A stretch of 62,418 nt of DNA, filler included, from Porpidia crustulata (GCA_964255105.1; 13 parts of 13 records of this genome joined end to end with filler, not necessarily neighbours in it); one strand, 5' to 3'. Shown: positions 11,841-24,727, counted from the whole stretch's first letter. A program made the numbers and translations. Notes: generated from the sequence alone by a model not told the origin.

Positions 11841-13871
11841 TCATCGTATCATCTTTGTGTCCAGATTCTTCGCCTCAACCACGGCCTGCTTTCCGTTTGC
11901 CGTCCTATTCTCCCCTTTGCGGATACCCTCGGAACTCTCCTCTGTATCCACGCTCTGAAAACTGTCCCTTCGCGACTCCACGGTACCGTTAGAGCTGATC
12001 CGTAAACCCTTAATCCCTCCCTTTTTCCGGATAGGTAATGTACCCGTCCCCACGGTAAGCACTGTGAGCAAGTATTTCAAATTCGGCAGTGTGTGCCTTA
12101 GATCCACCATGCGTAGTCCTTGCTTGCTCATTAGAAGCTCAATGTCCGAGTTTAGGAGGAACACAGCGTATTCGAACCGGAAAGCTACGGCACCTTTTTG
12201 GTAAAGGGGAAATGTGCGAGCGGCAGCTGAATGTAAAGACGTGGAGATGGGGTCGAAGATGGAGGACGTAGACCCGTGGGGAGTGGGAGGGTAGGGTATC
12301 GGGATAGAGAGATAGTATGAAAGGAGAAGGACGGCGTGTGCTACAAGAGATAGGGCCGCCGCGGTGACAGTAGGATCGGAGCTGTCCGAAGGCTTGTGGG
12401 AAGTCGCATTGGGGAGAGTGAGGTCGTGAATGGTGAAGGATAGTTGCTTACGAGGAACTGGCTCGATCGGGTAGATATGCAAAAGGTCCTCACAGATTCG
12501 TCGAATCTGGCTAGAGATGGACGTAGTAGTGGTGCAAAGAAGAGAGGTGCGGGAAGAGAGGTTGATTTGTGCAGACTCCAAATGGGATTGGGCTTTTTGT
12601 TGACTGAGTGTTCCGGATGCCATTGCTGCACGGCGAGCCTGTAGACTAGCTTGGAGTTCCGAGCGTCTGACCTGGGCTACTTTTACTTGTTTCCGGCAAG
12701 CGGTAAGCGACCGGTTGGTGGCGGCCAGCGATTCTTGAGACTGGGTTGCAGCGTTGATATTTTTCAGGCCTTGCTTGTTTCCTTCAAGTAGCGCATTGAT
12801 CTGTGAGATAAGCTTCTCACGAGTAGAGAGAGCGTCTTGTATACAATCCTCAAGATTAGAAAGACGCATCAGAGCATCAAAAGAAGATGTGGAGTCTCTC
12901 CCCTGTGAAGGCGGTCTCAAAGGCCTGGATGTGGGAATAATAGATTCGTCTAGGGGAAGATCCGTAAAGCTCGTATAGATGCCGTCAGAAAGATGAAGAA
13001 GAATACAGTTCTGAGGAAAGGGATGGTGAAAATTCTCCAGCTGTAATCTGCAGTTAGTATATAGCTAACGCAAAATACATTGATAGTCCTACTGATTTAC
13101 CAATGAATTGCAGCGATCGGAGATGCAATTGCAGTTCAATCAGTAGTATATACCTGTCCATGCTTTCCGTCTTCGCCCAACATTTGATCATCAACTCGTC
13201 ACGTCTTGTAACCATGGGTCCATATACGTTGAGGTCGAAAAACCGAAAGCTTGGATTCATAGCCTTTCCGATAACCTCGCTCACGTAGATGGGTTCGGAC
13301 GTGCCTGAGCAATGCAGAGAAAACCAAGTATCTGCCAATCTACCCCCAGTAACATCTTCAAGCTTTTTCTGCCTGACTCCAGGGCTTGCATTTGACCAAT
13401 TGAGTGTGCTCCTTCTTCTTAGCTTCCCCACCGCTGGTCTTGACCTTAAAGGGATTTCTGTATCAGAATCTTCCGCCTTTTTCTGGCCATTTCGAGGAGG
13501 TGGAGACCTAAGATCGTTTGACGACCGTGAATGCTCGAGGGTATGGCTTTCGTGCTGGGCGAGGAGTTTGGTAGGGGTTTTGAAGGCATTGGGCAGAGAC
13601 TCGTCGTCTATAGTCTTGCCACGGGGTCGAAGTGGTGATCGAGTAAGGTTGAGGTTGCGCAATGATATGCCTTGAAGATGCCTTAGCTTCCGATTCTATG
13701 GGATATCAATAGAGGGTTAGCTATGTTCGTCAAGTAAAGCGTTCTAGCTTAATCTCCAGTCGTATAGCCTACAGAGGGTAGAAGCCATGGACGGTCCCTA
13801 GAAAGCCCTTTAACGTCTACGAAACCGTTTATGCCGTACTTGTCGCCCTTTGGATCCCGTTCAGAGGACAT
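11841..13871 (-). CDS. UVRAG/Vps38-like subunit of the PI3K complex (2 introns)
   Basis: RPWLLPS|NRKLRHLQGISLRNL, C2-like region (PIYVSEVIGKAMNPSFRFFDL), coiled coil, and C-terminal FPLYQKG...FEYAVFLLNSDIELL...DLRHTLPNLKYLL. Confidence 0.85.
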
Positions 13872-14322
13872 CGCGTGGTACGTCAGCGCATGGTAGGAAC
13901 GGTGCCTGGCGACGGAATTGTGGCATTATTCGTAATAGGATAGCTATGCCCAGGTCGCTGGAGAGAGCAAGGGTAAAGTGAAAATTTTCTACAGTTTTGA
14001 GCTTCCCACCACAAAATGTTTGCAAAAGCTCGCTGGCGCCGCTGTTGAGAAGTTCGGTCTGCCCGCTGTAGATCCTTTTCACTCTACCACAATTTTTTGA
14101 GATCAGACTCGAGCTGGTCATCAGCCCGTATTTACTGATCTGATGATCTTGAACAGCGCATAGTTGTGCAATAATCCAAATAGTTTCGATTGTCTTCAAC
14201 GGAAACAAGCTAGAGCTAGCTTTCTCCAGGTCTTGCCCAACAGTCTCCTTCAGGAGTAAATTTATATCGGGACCCCATCACGACTTTCAAACAGTCGTCA
14301 TAGAGCCTCAACCTCCTCGACA

Positions 14323-14431
14323 ATGGCTCAATCTCTATCACCCGAGATAGGCAAATTCGGTCACCACATATTCGTCTACAACAACATCCGCACAAACCAA
14401 GTCGTCTACTCCCTAACCCGCACTCTAAACG
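14323..14431 (+). CDS. MHR1: 5' fragment of mitochondrial Mhr1/mL67
   Basis: MAQSLSPEIGKFGHHIFVYNNIRTNQVVYSLTRTLN, cut by the contig end. Confidence 0.7.
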
Positions 14432-14531
14432 NNNNNNNNNNNNNNNNNNNNNNNNNNNNNNNNNNNNNNNNNNNNTTAATTAATTAANNNNNNNNNNNNN
14501 NNNNNNNNNNNNNNNNNNNNNNNNNNNNNNN

Positions 14532-15269
14532 AGGCCGGTACCGCGAGGGGCGGGGATGAGCTTGACGGGGTCAGTCGTGCGAAGGGGAATGAGGAGATGG
14601 AGGAGTGCATGTACCCGAACAGTAACGGAACCACATTTTCCGCTTTCCTTGGTCGGTAGTGAATGTGGGTCTCCGAGCGAAGTGCCCCAGTAACCACGAC
14701 GAATGGGAAGGACGCTGAGCTTAGCGATGATGATGGCGGCGCGGATGGCGGTGGCAACTTCCTTTGAGGTCTTGATCCCGAGTCCGACGTGGCCTTCTGA
14801 GTCGCCGATGACGACAATGGCCTTGAAGCGGGTGCGTTGACCAGCGCGGGTTTGTTTCTGGACGGGCTTGATCTGTTGAGGGGTACCAAAGCGTAAGTCA
14901 TCGTACGACCTTCTGCTATGATTCCCTTTCCGCTTTCCAATTATAAGCAGATATACACGACTGTCACAATCATACCTTCATAACCTCATCCTTCAGCTTC
15001 GGCAAAAACCAATCTACAATCTGATATTCCTTGATCGGCAAGCTGTGCAGATAAATCTCCTCCATGCTCTTAATCTTGCCCGCCTTGACCAATCTCCCCA
15101 ACTTCGTCACCGGCTGCCACTCCTTCTCTTCGTTTTTATTTGCACCTCGGCGAGGTCCTCGACGGCCGCCGCGCCCTCGTCCACGATCTCCTCCTCTATC
15201 GCCGCGGGAGCCGAAGCCTCCACCACGAGCCCCCCCTGCTGCTGCTCCTCCTCTTGGTGCATCGGCCAT
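14532..15269 (-). CDS. RPS2: 40S ribosomal protein S2 (uS5), 1 intron, 3' end truncated
   Basis: RGG-rich N-terminus, [39 protein letters not shown]. Confidence 0.97.
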
Positions 15270-15379
15270 GACCGCGGTCGTCTCGTAATTGGTGTAAGAA
15301 GTGGCGTACGAGAAGTTATTAGGATAAGCGATAGGGTGGTGGAGTAAGAGTTCGCGATTGTTCGTGGGGAATAATTTAC

Positions 15380-15400
15380 GCTAAGCGGTTTAAGCGAACG
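15380..15400. promoter_or_regulatory. Candidate ribosomal-protein promoter element (GCTAAGCG + TAAGCGAACG)
   Basis: TAAGCGAACG at 15391-15400, 122 nt upstream of the RPS2 ATG. The same 10-mer lies 119 nt upstream of RPL26 in the same orientation. Confidence 0.6.
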
Positions 15401-15849
15401 ATTTGGTCTGATTTCGGTAGACTCAGAAAGTAGATATCAGTGACAAAGATGTCTAGAAATATGTAGATGATTTAATTTACAATATTGATATTATCTACTA
15501 TTCTATCATTATAGGAATGGTAATGTGTCTTGATCAACGATTAAAATTATCTCGCATCAAAGACTTGACCAGTCACCAGGGCACGTGAGAAGCCGTCGCA
15601 GCGCTTTAAGAGGGGAGTAAAGCCAGTGATATTTGGTATACCCTGTTGAAATATCGTAGGTTCTGACGTCAAATTGATCGTGGAATAAGTTGCCCGAGTA
15701 GCTTTTTGGGACGATTGCGCATTGGTAGTGAGAGGCGATGCCGATGTCGAATATCGGTATTTCTAGAAGCAGGCATAGTGTGGGTATCAAGAAAGAAAAG
15801 CGTCGGACGGTGAAATGGACGGCTAAAATTACCAAATCTCCTCAGCTTC

Positions 15850-17417
15850 TTAAAATGCACCCCTCTCGTCAATGGCAATGTCCACTCCGAGACCAACCGG
15901 AACCCTACCAGCTTGGGTATCATTAGCCTCAAATCTGGAATCACGACCACCAAAGTCCACCATTGCTAACATGGAGCCTGCCTCTCCCATGTTCGAGAGT
16001 CTTTTGTTTTCTGATGATTGGGTGGTACCACCAGGAAAGACTACTAGCCCTGAATAGACGAGATAGCCAGCTATGCCAGCTATGATAGAGCTGATGGCGA
16101 GTATTGCTGGGAGTATGGGATTCGGAGGTGTTGCTGCCACTGTCTGTGTTGATTCTTTATCGGCTCCGACCGCAGTCTTATTAATCTCTTTTTCCAACAG
16201 TACGGTCGACGAGTGAAGCTGTCCCACAAAAGGCACAGCTCCAATAGTTGCCTTCACTAGACTTGTCCCTTTTGAGACGACTCCCTTAATCTCTGGCCTA
16301 CACCATGGTAACGTGTCCTTTTTGCTGCCTGTGCCGAAGGAGTCTACCTCCCGCACCGAGTCTCTTTGCGCTGAGCCTAGCAGCGCATCCTCAACAGTAG
16401 TGGGCCCACCAAAGAATTCGTAAACTAAATCTTTGACATATTGGCACAATCGTGGATATCGAGATCTCATGCAATCTGCCAACCATGGCTGTGGGACTTC
16501 AGGCAGCAGTGCAAGAGATAGGTATGCTAATGCGACACAGTCCAGACTCGAAGGCCGCTGGTCGGAAAGGAGAAATCGCTTTTGGCCCAGGAGCTGTTGT
16601 AACGGTTCGAAGAAAGCTTTGGAGAGTAAATCAAGCCGGAAACGAGAGGCATGTTGTGGTTGCCTAAGCAGGGAAGTCACGGTCTGCCGTGTGTTTCGTA
16701 GAGAAAAGGGAATTAGATTGGATCCTGCCTTCACTTCGTTCTTCTCCTCGTCACTGGCGTTATCAATATCCAGCGACGATAAGTTGAGATACGCGGTTCT
16801 AGCTTTGGCGAGTGTCCGACGTTGAGATGGTATCAACCATGGTGCCGGCCATTTCAAGATACCAGAGTACGCAGAGCATGTAATGGCATTGTAGTTCTCA
16901 CTTGAGACGTAGAGACTCAGATCGAGTAACGGTTGCCCGTGGGCTTCGATGAACGATGAGAATCTGTCTCACGTATCAGCCGTAGCCTTCTCACCGCTTC
17001 TTCCAAGTTGAAGGTGGCGACGTACGCTGTAACATTTGCTCTATCTTTGCGATCCAAGTGATGCCCCAAGTCCCATTTGCTATCTGAGCTCTTACTCAAA
17101 CGGTCAATGATGTTTCGGAACCCGCCGACCCAGACCGAGCCATCGCGAAGGGCTGGCAATTCCCCTGAAATAGCGAGCACGTGTCAGCCACAACTCTCCA
17201 ACCATTAAATAGGATTGGTTACGTCGAGTCGAGAGACATACGACGACGGAAAGGAACCTTACGGACTTGTTGGACTCGAGGTCACGTCAGAGCTCGCAAT
17301 AAGCGTCCATCGCTCTCGAGGGACGGTTTGGGTCAGATAGGCGATGGCGGCAAGACATTGAGGGTCAATGGACGGCAAAGAGAAAGCAGGACCCCAGACA
17401 TGAAGCTCGAAGGTCAT
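15850..17417 (-). CDS. SAM37: Metaxin-1/Sam37 (Tom37) mitochondrial outer membrane SAM subunit, 2 introns
   Basis: MTFELHVWGPAFSLPSIDPQCLAAIAYL, GELPALRDG, GST-like C-domain (PSSLDCVALAYLSLAL) and a C-terminal TM segment. Confidence 0.85.
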
Positions 17418-18502
17418 AATGCCGAGGTGCTATGATAATCGAAGTCCAATCATGTCAAATCTCTTCCTTGTAGTGTCTAAATGTAACGGTTGGCCTTGAC
17501 GGAACAAGAATCAAGTGACTGTGACCGAAAGGGAAACGGAACTGTCGATCATGTGTATATGGCAGGCGAAGGAACAAACAGCGTATGAGGCGTGTGCCAG
17601 CTGCCAAGGTCAAGTCTGGTTCGCAGTCACGATTAGGGTTTCGCGGGTTCGGCAATTTGTGTCAACGGCACAAACACGAGGAAGGGAAAGCTAAAAACTT
17701 AAGTGTTTATCGGTACGAATACGGGATGATCCATCGTTTACCTCAGTGTCAGGACAATTTAGCAAGAGACAGTTTTACTACACGGTTCACGAAGAAGTCA
17801 TCAAATTCTCTCGAGGATGGTAACTCTGTGGAAAGCATATCGCCGACGATCCATTAGATCTATTCTAGTCCCCAATTGTTATCTAGTACCCTGCTGGCCC
17901 TCCCCTAAATCACCAATAAGCCGCAAGGTGTAATCCCAAGAACTCCCCCACTATTGAATATTGAAAAGATTGCCGTGAAAGTTGCGTGTATCGTTCAAGG
18001 GTATATGGTATGAAAGGACAAAACAGTGGCGTCTGACAAGCAATCGGATCCTAAGATTTAAATGATAATCCATCAACAGGCCAGAGACCAAGGAATCTGA
18101 GCGGCGTTGATTGAGAACCGGGCCAGCGGTGCCTCTGGGGTAGCTAAGGCTGCATCGTGGTGGGTGGGGGGCCATGGGCGTTCATTCGCGTGCGTGATGT
18201 GATCTTGTAGGCTGTGCCATCTGGAAGGGCGGGTAATGCTGCACAAATAGGTAGGGCAGTACCGGGCCAAGTCGACAAAACGTGGTTTGAGGCTCCCGTA
18301 GAAATAGCTCGTCGCTGTCCTGCAGCTAACGGAAATGGAAATCCCAGTAGAAGTCCATCCAACATGTATGTCTTTCTTCTCGGTGTGAAGTATCCAAGAT
18401 CTGGGTCTGTGTGCCCCGAGGCCTGTTGTAGCCAAGTAATAACACCCATTGCCTTTTGGTCGTGGTAGAGAGGCTGGTGTTGTTTAACAGGAATCCGCCT
18501 CA

Positions 18503-18595
18503 TTACTTGGGAATCTGGGGCAAAGGCCGGTTTGGCGGGGGCCCTGGGCAAGGAGGGTATTGAGGCTTCGAAGGACCATGGTATTGGGTGGGCAT
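18503..18595 (-). CDS. Putative 30-aa proline-rich microprotein MPTQYHGPSKPQYPPCPGPPPNRPLPQIPK
   Basis: ATG in a good context (GACAATGC), tandem TAA TGA stops, an RPLPxxP motif, a pyrimidine-rich leader and a TATA-like CATAAATA at about 18859-18866. It lies in an otherwise unassigned 1.8 kb. Confidence 0.6.
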   Translation of the reverse strand: MPTQYHGPSKPQYPPCPGPPPNRPLPQIPK

Positions 18596-20473
18596 TGTCG
18601 AAGTCGCTGGGATTTGAAGGTTTGGTAGAGGTGCAGATCAAGATTGACGCAGTGGAGTTGGATCGGGGACGATTTGTAACCTGTTGAGATGTATTCGACC
18701 GAGTCTGTAGTGGTGCAAGGCAATGATATGATGCGGACGTGTGCCGGTGACGATAATTGAGCTGTGGATTGGGCAGGTGAGAGTAGCTGTCGTTGAGTTA
18801 TTTGAGGGAAAGGATGATTAATTCAAGAAAGAGCATTGTGGGAGGGAGGTCGATGAGGTATTTATGAGGATTGATAGTGGGCGGTCTGAGAGGATTCATC
18901 AGTAACATGATTACCGTTGGACACAGTAATAATGAGTAATTTGACTAGTGCAGCTGATGAAGTTATCCAGGGCAAATGAGCATGACAGAGCGACGAGATA
19001 GACAGGGGGCATGGCAGGGAAGCTGGACTCAAGGCCGTTTCCGAAGAGCAATAACATGAAGTGGAGGCCAAGCCAGTTAGTCGTAGCTAGGCAGTAGTGA
19101 GTCCCTAGTAGTTGCCGACAGTGACGCGGTGTGTCATGACGAGAAAAGGCTGCAACGGGTATGGGGGGTTGCTGTTAGAGGCTTCTTTAAAAACAGGGGA
19201 AGGCATGCAGGGCTGAAAAGAGGATGAGGTAGGTGTGGTCGGGGGTCAGGGTCAGGGGNNNNNNNNNNNNNNNNNNNNNNNNNNNNNNNNNNNNNNNNNN
19301 NNTTAATTAATTAANNNNNNNNNNNNNNNNNNNNNNNNNNNNNNNNNNNNNNNNNNNNGAGCTTGTGTACGTGATTTTGGTGACGTCACGGCGCAGGGCT
19401 GGAATTATTAGTCATGTATTTTGTGACTTCAATTCATCTCGTCCACGCTCTTTCTCGATGGAGACACCTTTTGCACGAAATGATTGCAGACAGTTCTATC
19501 TGGTATACTGCACATGTATCGAGGAGGTTGGGTGAAGCTCACCAGGGTCCAGTGCTGTTGAGAGCAACGTCAAATCAAGATGGGAGCATATTGATCCAAG
19601 CTTTGTGTGTATTTGATGGGACACATGGCTAGTACAACCAATCCCTCAGGTGATTGTGCATGAAAAGTTCCAACAGAAGTCGTTGAGGTCTTCTTTTGGC
19701 TTCATTAGAGTGGCTAGAGAGGCTAGAGTAGCGGAGAAAATAGATCATAGAAGAGTAAGCTTCTCCTTCCCAGTTGTCCTCAACATATTGTCATAAGAGA
19801 ATACAATTCCTATCCTAGACACACTCTCAGTATCACCACAATAGACATAAGACGTAGGAATAACTAGTACGCCGTGGTATCGTTCTCTTTGAGTCTTAAT
19901 GGTGCATGTATCACCCATGGTTTGTTCTCACTATCTCAATCAAACAAACAAAAGTTCATATACCTCTGCCAACTCGTCTGTCGGCCTTCTTCAATTGATA
20001 AGAGAATACTCGACTGCTCTGTTGATTCCAGTCATTGCTATCTGTACCAGTTGGCTACCCAATCCCTGCTTATGCCCCACTGGTCTTGCATGCCGGGCTT
20101 GATGGATAACTTTGAAATACGAAATTACGGACAACACCTCAATCGAGACTCCTCGTAAAGCATCTTGCCTACTTGATATACAACGTCCGATGGCGGCGTT
20201 TGCAACTCAGATAGGGTTGCGTTATCCTCTCTTCCCAAAGGAGAAAAGTGGGTATGACTTTAAGGCATGTTATGGTCTCTTTGTAGATGTCAACACTTCT
20301 TCACTTTCTCTCCATCTTGCCTACACACTCTTAATATCCCTCCGCCATCTATTGCATCTGCAATCACCTTCGTTGTCTACATCTCCTTACTTCATCACCA
20401 CTCGTTGATTAAGTAGCCTTTTGAGAAGACTTACCTGGCATACTGCTATCCTCGGTTACATTAATCTGGCCTC

Positions 20474-23413
20474 ATGAAGTACCCGTCCTTGATAGCTGCC
20501 GCTTTAGTGTGCTCGAGTTCTGCTGTTGCTGATGTGCAGATTCATGGACGTGATCTCAACGCCCCTCTACTCAACTCGTATGACTACATTGTTGTCGGCT
20601 GTGGTATCAGTGGGCTTGTCGTTACTGTTCGACTATCAGAGGATACGTCCGTGACGGTACTCTGTATTGAAGCTGGTGACGCGTCAGTGTTTTCCACATG
20701 TTCAGACGGCCTGGGCTAATAGGACTAGTGACCATTATGAGGCTATCATCCAAGACCCAGTCTACGTTGGTGCTGACATTGGTGGAGTCTATGACTGGGA
20801 CCTAACGACCGTTCCTCAAACACAACTTGATGGCGCAGCCCGTCCCATGCCGCAAGGTAAGGTGCTAGGTGGAGGTAGTATATTGAACGCCATGTGCTGG
20901 AATCGAGGCGGATCGGACGATTACGACGCTTGGGCAGCTCTGGGTAATCCAGGTTGGGATTGGGCAGGGATATTACCATATTTCATGAAGGTACAGAAGC
21001 CTTGCTATTCTATTCTTGTCGTAGACCCGCTGATATCAGCCATAGAGTGAGACGTATACACCAGTTTACTCTCAACAAATAGCACAAGAATATTCGATCA
21101 ACTATAATCCTGCCGTTCATGGTACATCTGGTCCGGTTCAAGTCAGCTATCCGAAATTCTTCTATCCCCAGTCTAGTAAGTCACCAGTTCCATGACCGGA
21201 AGCACCCTCTCATTTTATACCTTCAGTCAATTTGTTCGCCGGCCTGAACTTTCTTGGCGTTGCTACCCAGTTTGATCCCAACGATGGAACTTCTGCTGGG
21301 GCGGCCTTTGTGCCTACCGACCTTGATCCAAAGAATCAGACCCGTTCTGATGCTCGCCGAGCTTACTATGACCCTAACGCTTTCCGAGGCAATATGCACG
21401 TCATTACCGGACAACACGTCACGCGTGTCCTGATAGAGAACGTTGGTACCAATCCTGTAGTGAGCAATCCGACGAATGGTGGCAACAACAATGGTAACGG
21501 AGGTTCAACTGGCAGTACGGACAATTCCAACGGCTTTGGTTTTGGTCCTCAGGGAAGTACACCTCCTCTCGGAGGTCAAGGGGTTCCCCGACTCGTACGT
21601 AAAGATGTTGGCTCTTCAAATCTAAGGATCACTGGAGTTGAAGTAAGAGGTTCTTGGGGTTGGTATGGTACGATTGGTTAACGGATCGACCAGTTTGCCC
21701 CTAACGCCACTGCACCACGTCAAACTGTCTATGCGACAAGAGAGGTCATCATCGCTGCCGGATCTTTACACACTGCACAACTTCTACAGCTTTCTGGAAT
21801 TGGGCCTGTACCACTTCTACAGTCACTCAACATTCCTGTAGCCCTTGATTTACCGGGTGTCGGCAATAATTTGCAGGATCACTGCCTTGTTGGCACATTC
21901 TACCCATGTCAGTCATGATTCGCAGTCTTTGAACGAAGACTGATATTGAGGATAGACAACAACGCCAGTTTTCCGTCCCCAACTGAGCTGACGACGAATG
22001 CCACCTATAACGCCGAGGCTGAACAGCAATACTATGCAACCAGGACTGGTAAGTAGTTGTAACTAATATGGAAATCAATACTCACCGGTGGCAATTATAG
22101 GTCCCTGGACTGCCGGTTCTCCCAATGGCCTTGCTTTCAATCCACTACCTCTAATAAGTAATAATTCTGCGAGTATTCTTCAAGCCGGTGCCGCCCAAGA
22201 TCCTGCGCAATATCTCCCTGCTGGAACAGATCCAACGCTTGTTGCCGGCTATACCCTCCAGAAACAATCTCTCGTGCAACGGCTAGCCCGAACTAATGTC
22301 GCGTCCTACGAGATTATCAACAATAATGCTGGTAGTTTAACCTTGGCTGTCATGCATCCATTATCTCGAGGAACCTGTCATATCATCTCCCCCAACCCTT
22401 TTGAACCGCCGGCTATCGACCCTAGATGGCTTACCAACCCAGTCGACAGACAGATTCTTGTTGAAGCCATGCTATTCAACCGAAAAATCTTGACTAGTCC
22501 TCCAATGCTTGAGCTGCAAGCAGCTCAGTTTGTACCCCCAGCCAATGCAGACCTCAACGCACTGAATCAAGTCATTAATAATGGGATAAGAACCGAGTTC
22601 CATCCAAGTGGTACTTGCGCAATGCTACCAATTGCTCAAGGTGGGGTCGTAGACCCACATCTCAGAGTATGGGGAACGCAAAATCTTCGGGTCGTTGATG
22701 CTAGTATATACCCACTTATACCGGCTGCTCATCTCCAAGCTGTTGTATATGCGGTAGCCGAGAAGGTAAGACTATGGATTGTCATCCAACAACAATTATC
22801 TAATATCATCTCCTAGGCTGCGGACATTATCAAAGCCGACAACATTGGGGTGCAGCCAAGCTCGGCGCCGACTTCATCCTCATCAACGACTTATACATTC
22901 TCACTTACGGGTCCAAGCTCAAGCTCAATGTCGACCAGCTCTACATCAAGTTTCCTCCCCTACAGCAACTCCAGTACAGCTTCAACAGCTCAGACTGTGT
23001 CCCTAACAACTCCGAGTACGGATTCTACGACTACATCGACATCAAGCTCGTATGAACCTGTCTCAACGACTCCATCCTCCACTGTACCTTCTGTTCTCTC
23101 GACTTTCGACGCATCTTCGATCATCGCATCTCAATCCTCCGTCGAAGCAACTACCAGCCCAAGTCCAACCCTTTCCCTCCAGAACCCTTTCCAATTAAGT
23201 TCATCCGTCGCAAGCGCCCTCAGCTCCGCTGGATTACCTCCATCCGTGGTCTCGTCATTGATTCCCATCGTCATCGGTAGCGTGACAACCGAGCCAACAA
23301 GCTCCACCGTTGCCACGGCCTCCGCAACAGACACATCAACCGCGGCTCTAGAAGCACAGCAAGCTGCCATTAACGCTTTCATACAATGGCTGCTCAATTT
23401 CTTCCACATCTAG
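20474..23413 (+). CDS. Secreted GMC oxidoreductase (AA3_2-like) with a Ser/Thr-rich C-terminal tail; about 7 introns
   Basis: Signal peptide, [15 protein letters not shown] motif, [24 protein letters not shown], catalytic His pair [11 protein letters not shown] / [22 protein letters not shown]. Confidence 0.93.
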
Positions 23414-24727
23414 GCGGATCATGGAACAGTTTGGCGACGATCTGGGCTAGGGTGGGATAGGGGTATCGCATTTGTGGAAATGTAGCTATCAGGCTTTTTT
23501 CCTTGTTTCAAAAATTCGCGGCAGATGTTTGCTCAGATGATTAGCTCATGTAGCGCTGCCAGATCGATAATAGTAATAGAATGAAAGTTATGGATCTCAG
23601 GATTGCTGATGCTCTTGGTGTAACTTTGTAGGGGGAGCTCATGATATATGACACAGTGATCTCATCAAACAAAGTCCATCAGCTTCCAACATCTCTTTTG
23701 ACACGCATCATCTCTAAACTTAACCCCCAATAACAGCCCAGAAATATCTCCACCCCCATTTCCCCTTGTTCCCTCTATCCCTCACACTCCACAACCCCAA
23801 CTTCCCGAAAAACTTTTCCGGAACAGCCAAACCGCCCTCTCCACCGCCCAGAAACCCTATAAAATATCCCTACAAACATATCTCATCCCCACCATCCCAT
23901 CGCACCATTCCTTTTCTCTCGTCCTCGAAGCCTCTCTCTCGTCCTCCCCCCCGGACTCACTACTGGTGGTGTTTATAACGGCGACCGCGGTGACAGTGGC
24001 AGCATCGAGGTATGTAGTTCATTCTCGACTTTTTTGGTGTGCTGGTAAGCTCTTATTCTTAGTCTTTTTTTTTTTGAGGGATATNNNNNNNNNNNNNNNN
24101 NNNNNNNNNNNNNNNNNNNNNNNNNNNNTTAATTAATTAANNNNNNNNNNNNNNNNNNNNNNNNNNNNNNNNNNNNNNNNNNNNAGGGTGGTGTACGGGT
24201 AGGGTAGGGTGGTGTATCGTTATTGTGACCCTTTATTATGGGTTATTATTGAAAGCATGAATGTCTGTAGCTAGCTTTATCTAATTGGCCCATTGCGTTA
24301 TTACACAGGAGCCTAGGTAACCATCTGCTCCAAGTCTACAACAAGGCTGTGTGGACTCCTAGTTTTTCGTCTTACCTTAATGGCCGCCTCCTTCTTCGCA
24401 CCACGTGATATGTCAGTCTTTTGATGCACGAGGTATCTATGAGACCCTGACTCCACGAATACCGACTCCCTCAAGCGTCAGCTTCACCGTTTAGTGAAGA
24501 TGCCGCATCATGTTAGAAAAGGAGTCAACGGCTACGTCCAATAACCCGGTATTCCGCAGCAGCCACGCATGATCTCAACAACCTGTCCGCCTGTCGTAAT
24601 CGTTGTCGCAAACAATCACAGCAACGTCGAAAAGTTCGGCAACTGCCAGAAACCCAGCGTTGCTTAGCATTAGCTAAATCAATCGTTCGTTGCCCCGGCT
24701 GCTCGATTTGTACTTTCTATTCATACC

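Noticed and set aside
18144..18641. 165-aa minus-strand ORF overlapping the microprotein
   Set aside because: It starts at a non-ATG codon and has no recognisable motif. The 30-aa frame has the better start context and motif. Not fully excluded.
23960..24084. Possible ncRNA or exon with a GAG|GTATGT donor near the contig end
   Set aside because: Probably a non-coding first exon of a gene beyond the break. No tRNA or snoRNA structure could be supported.
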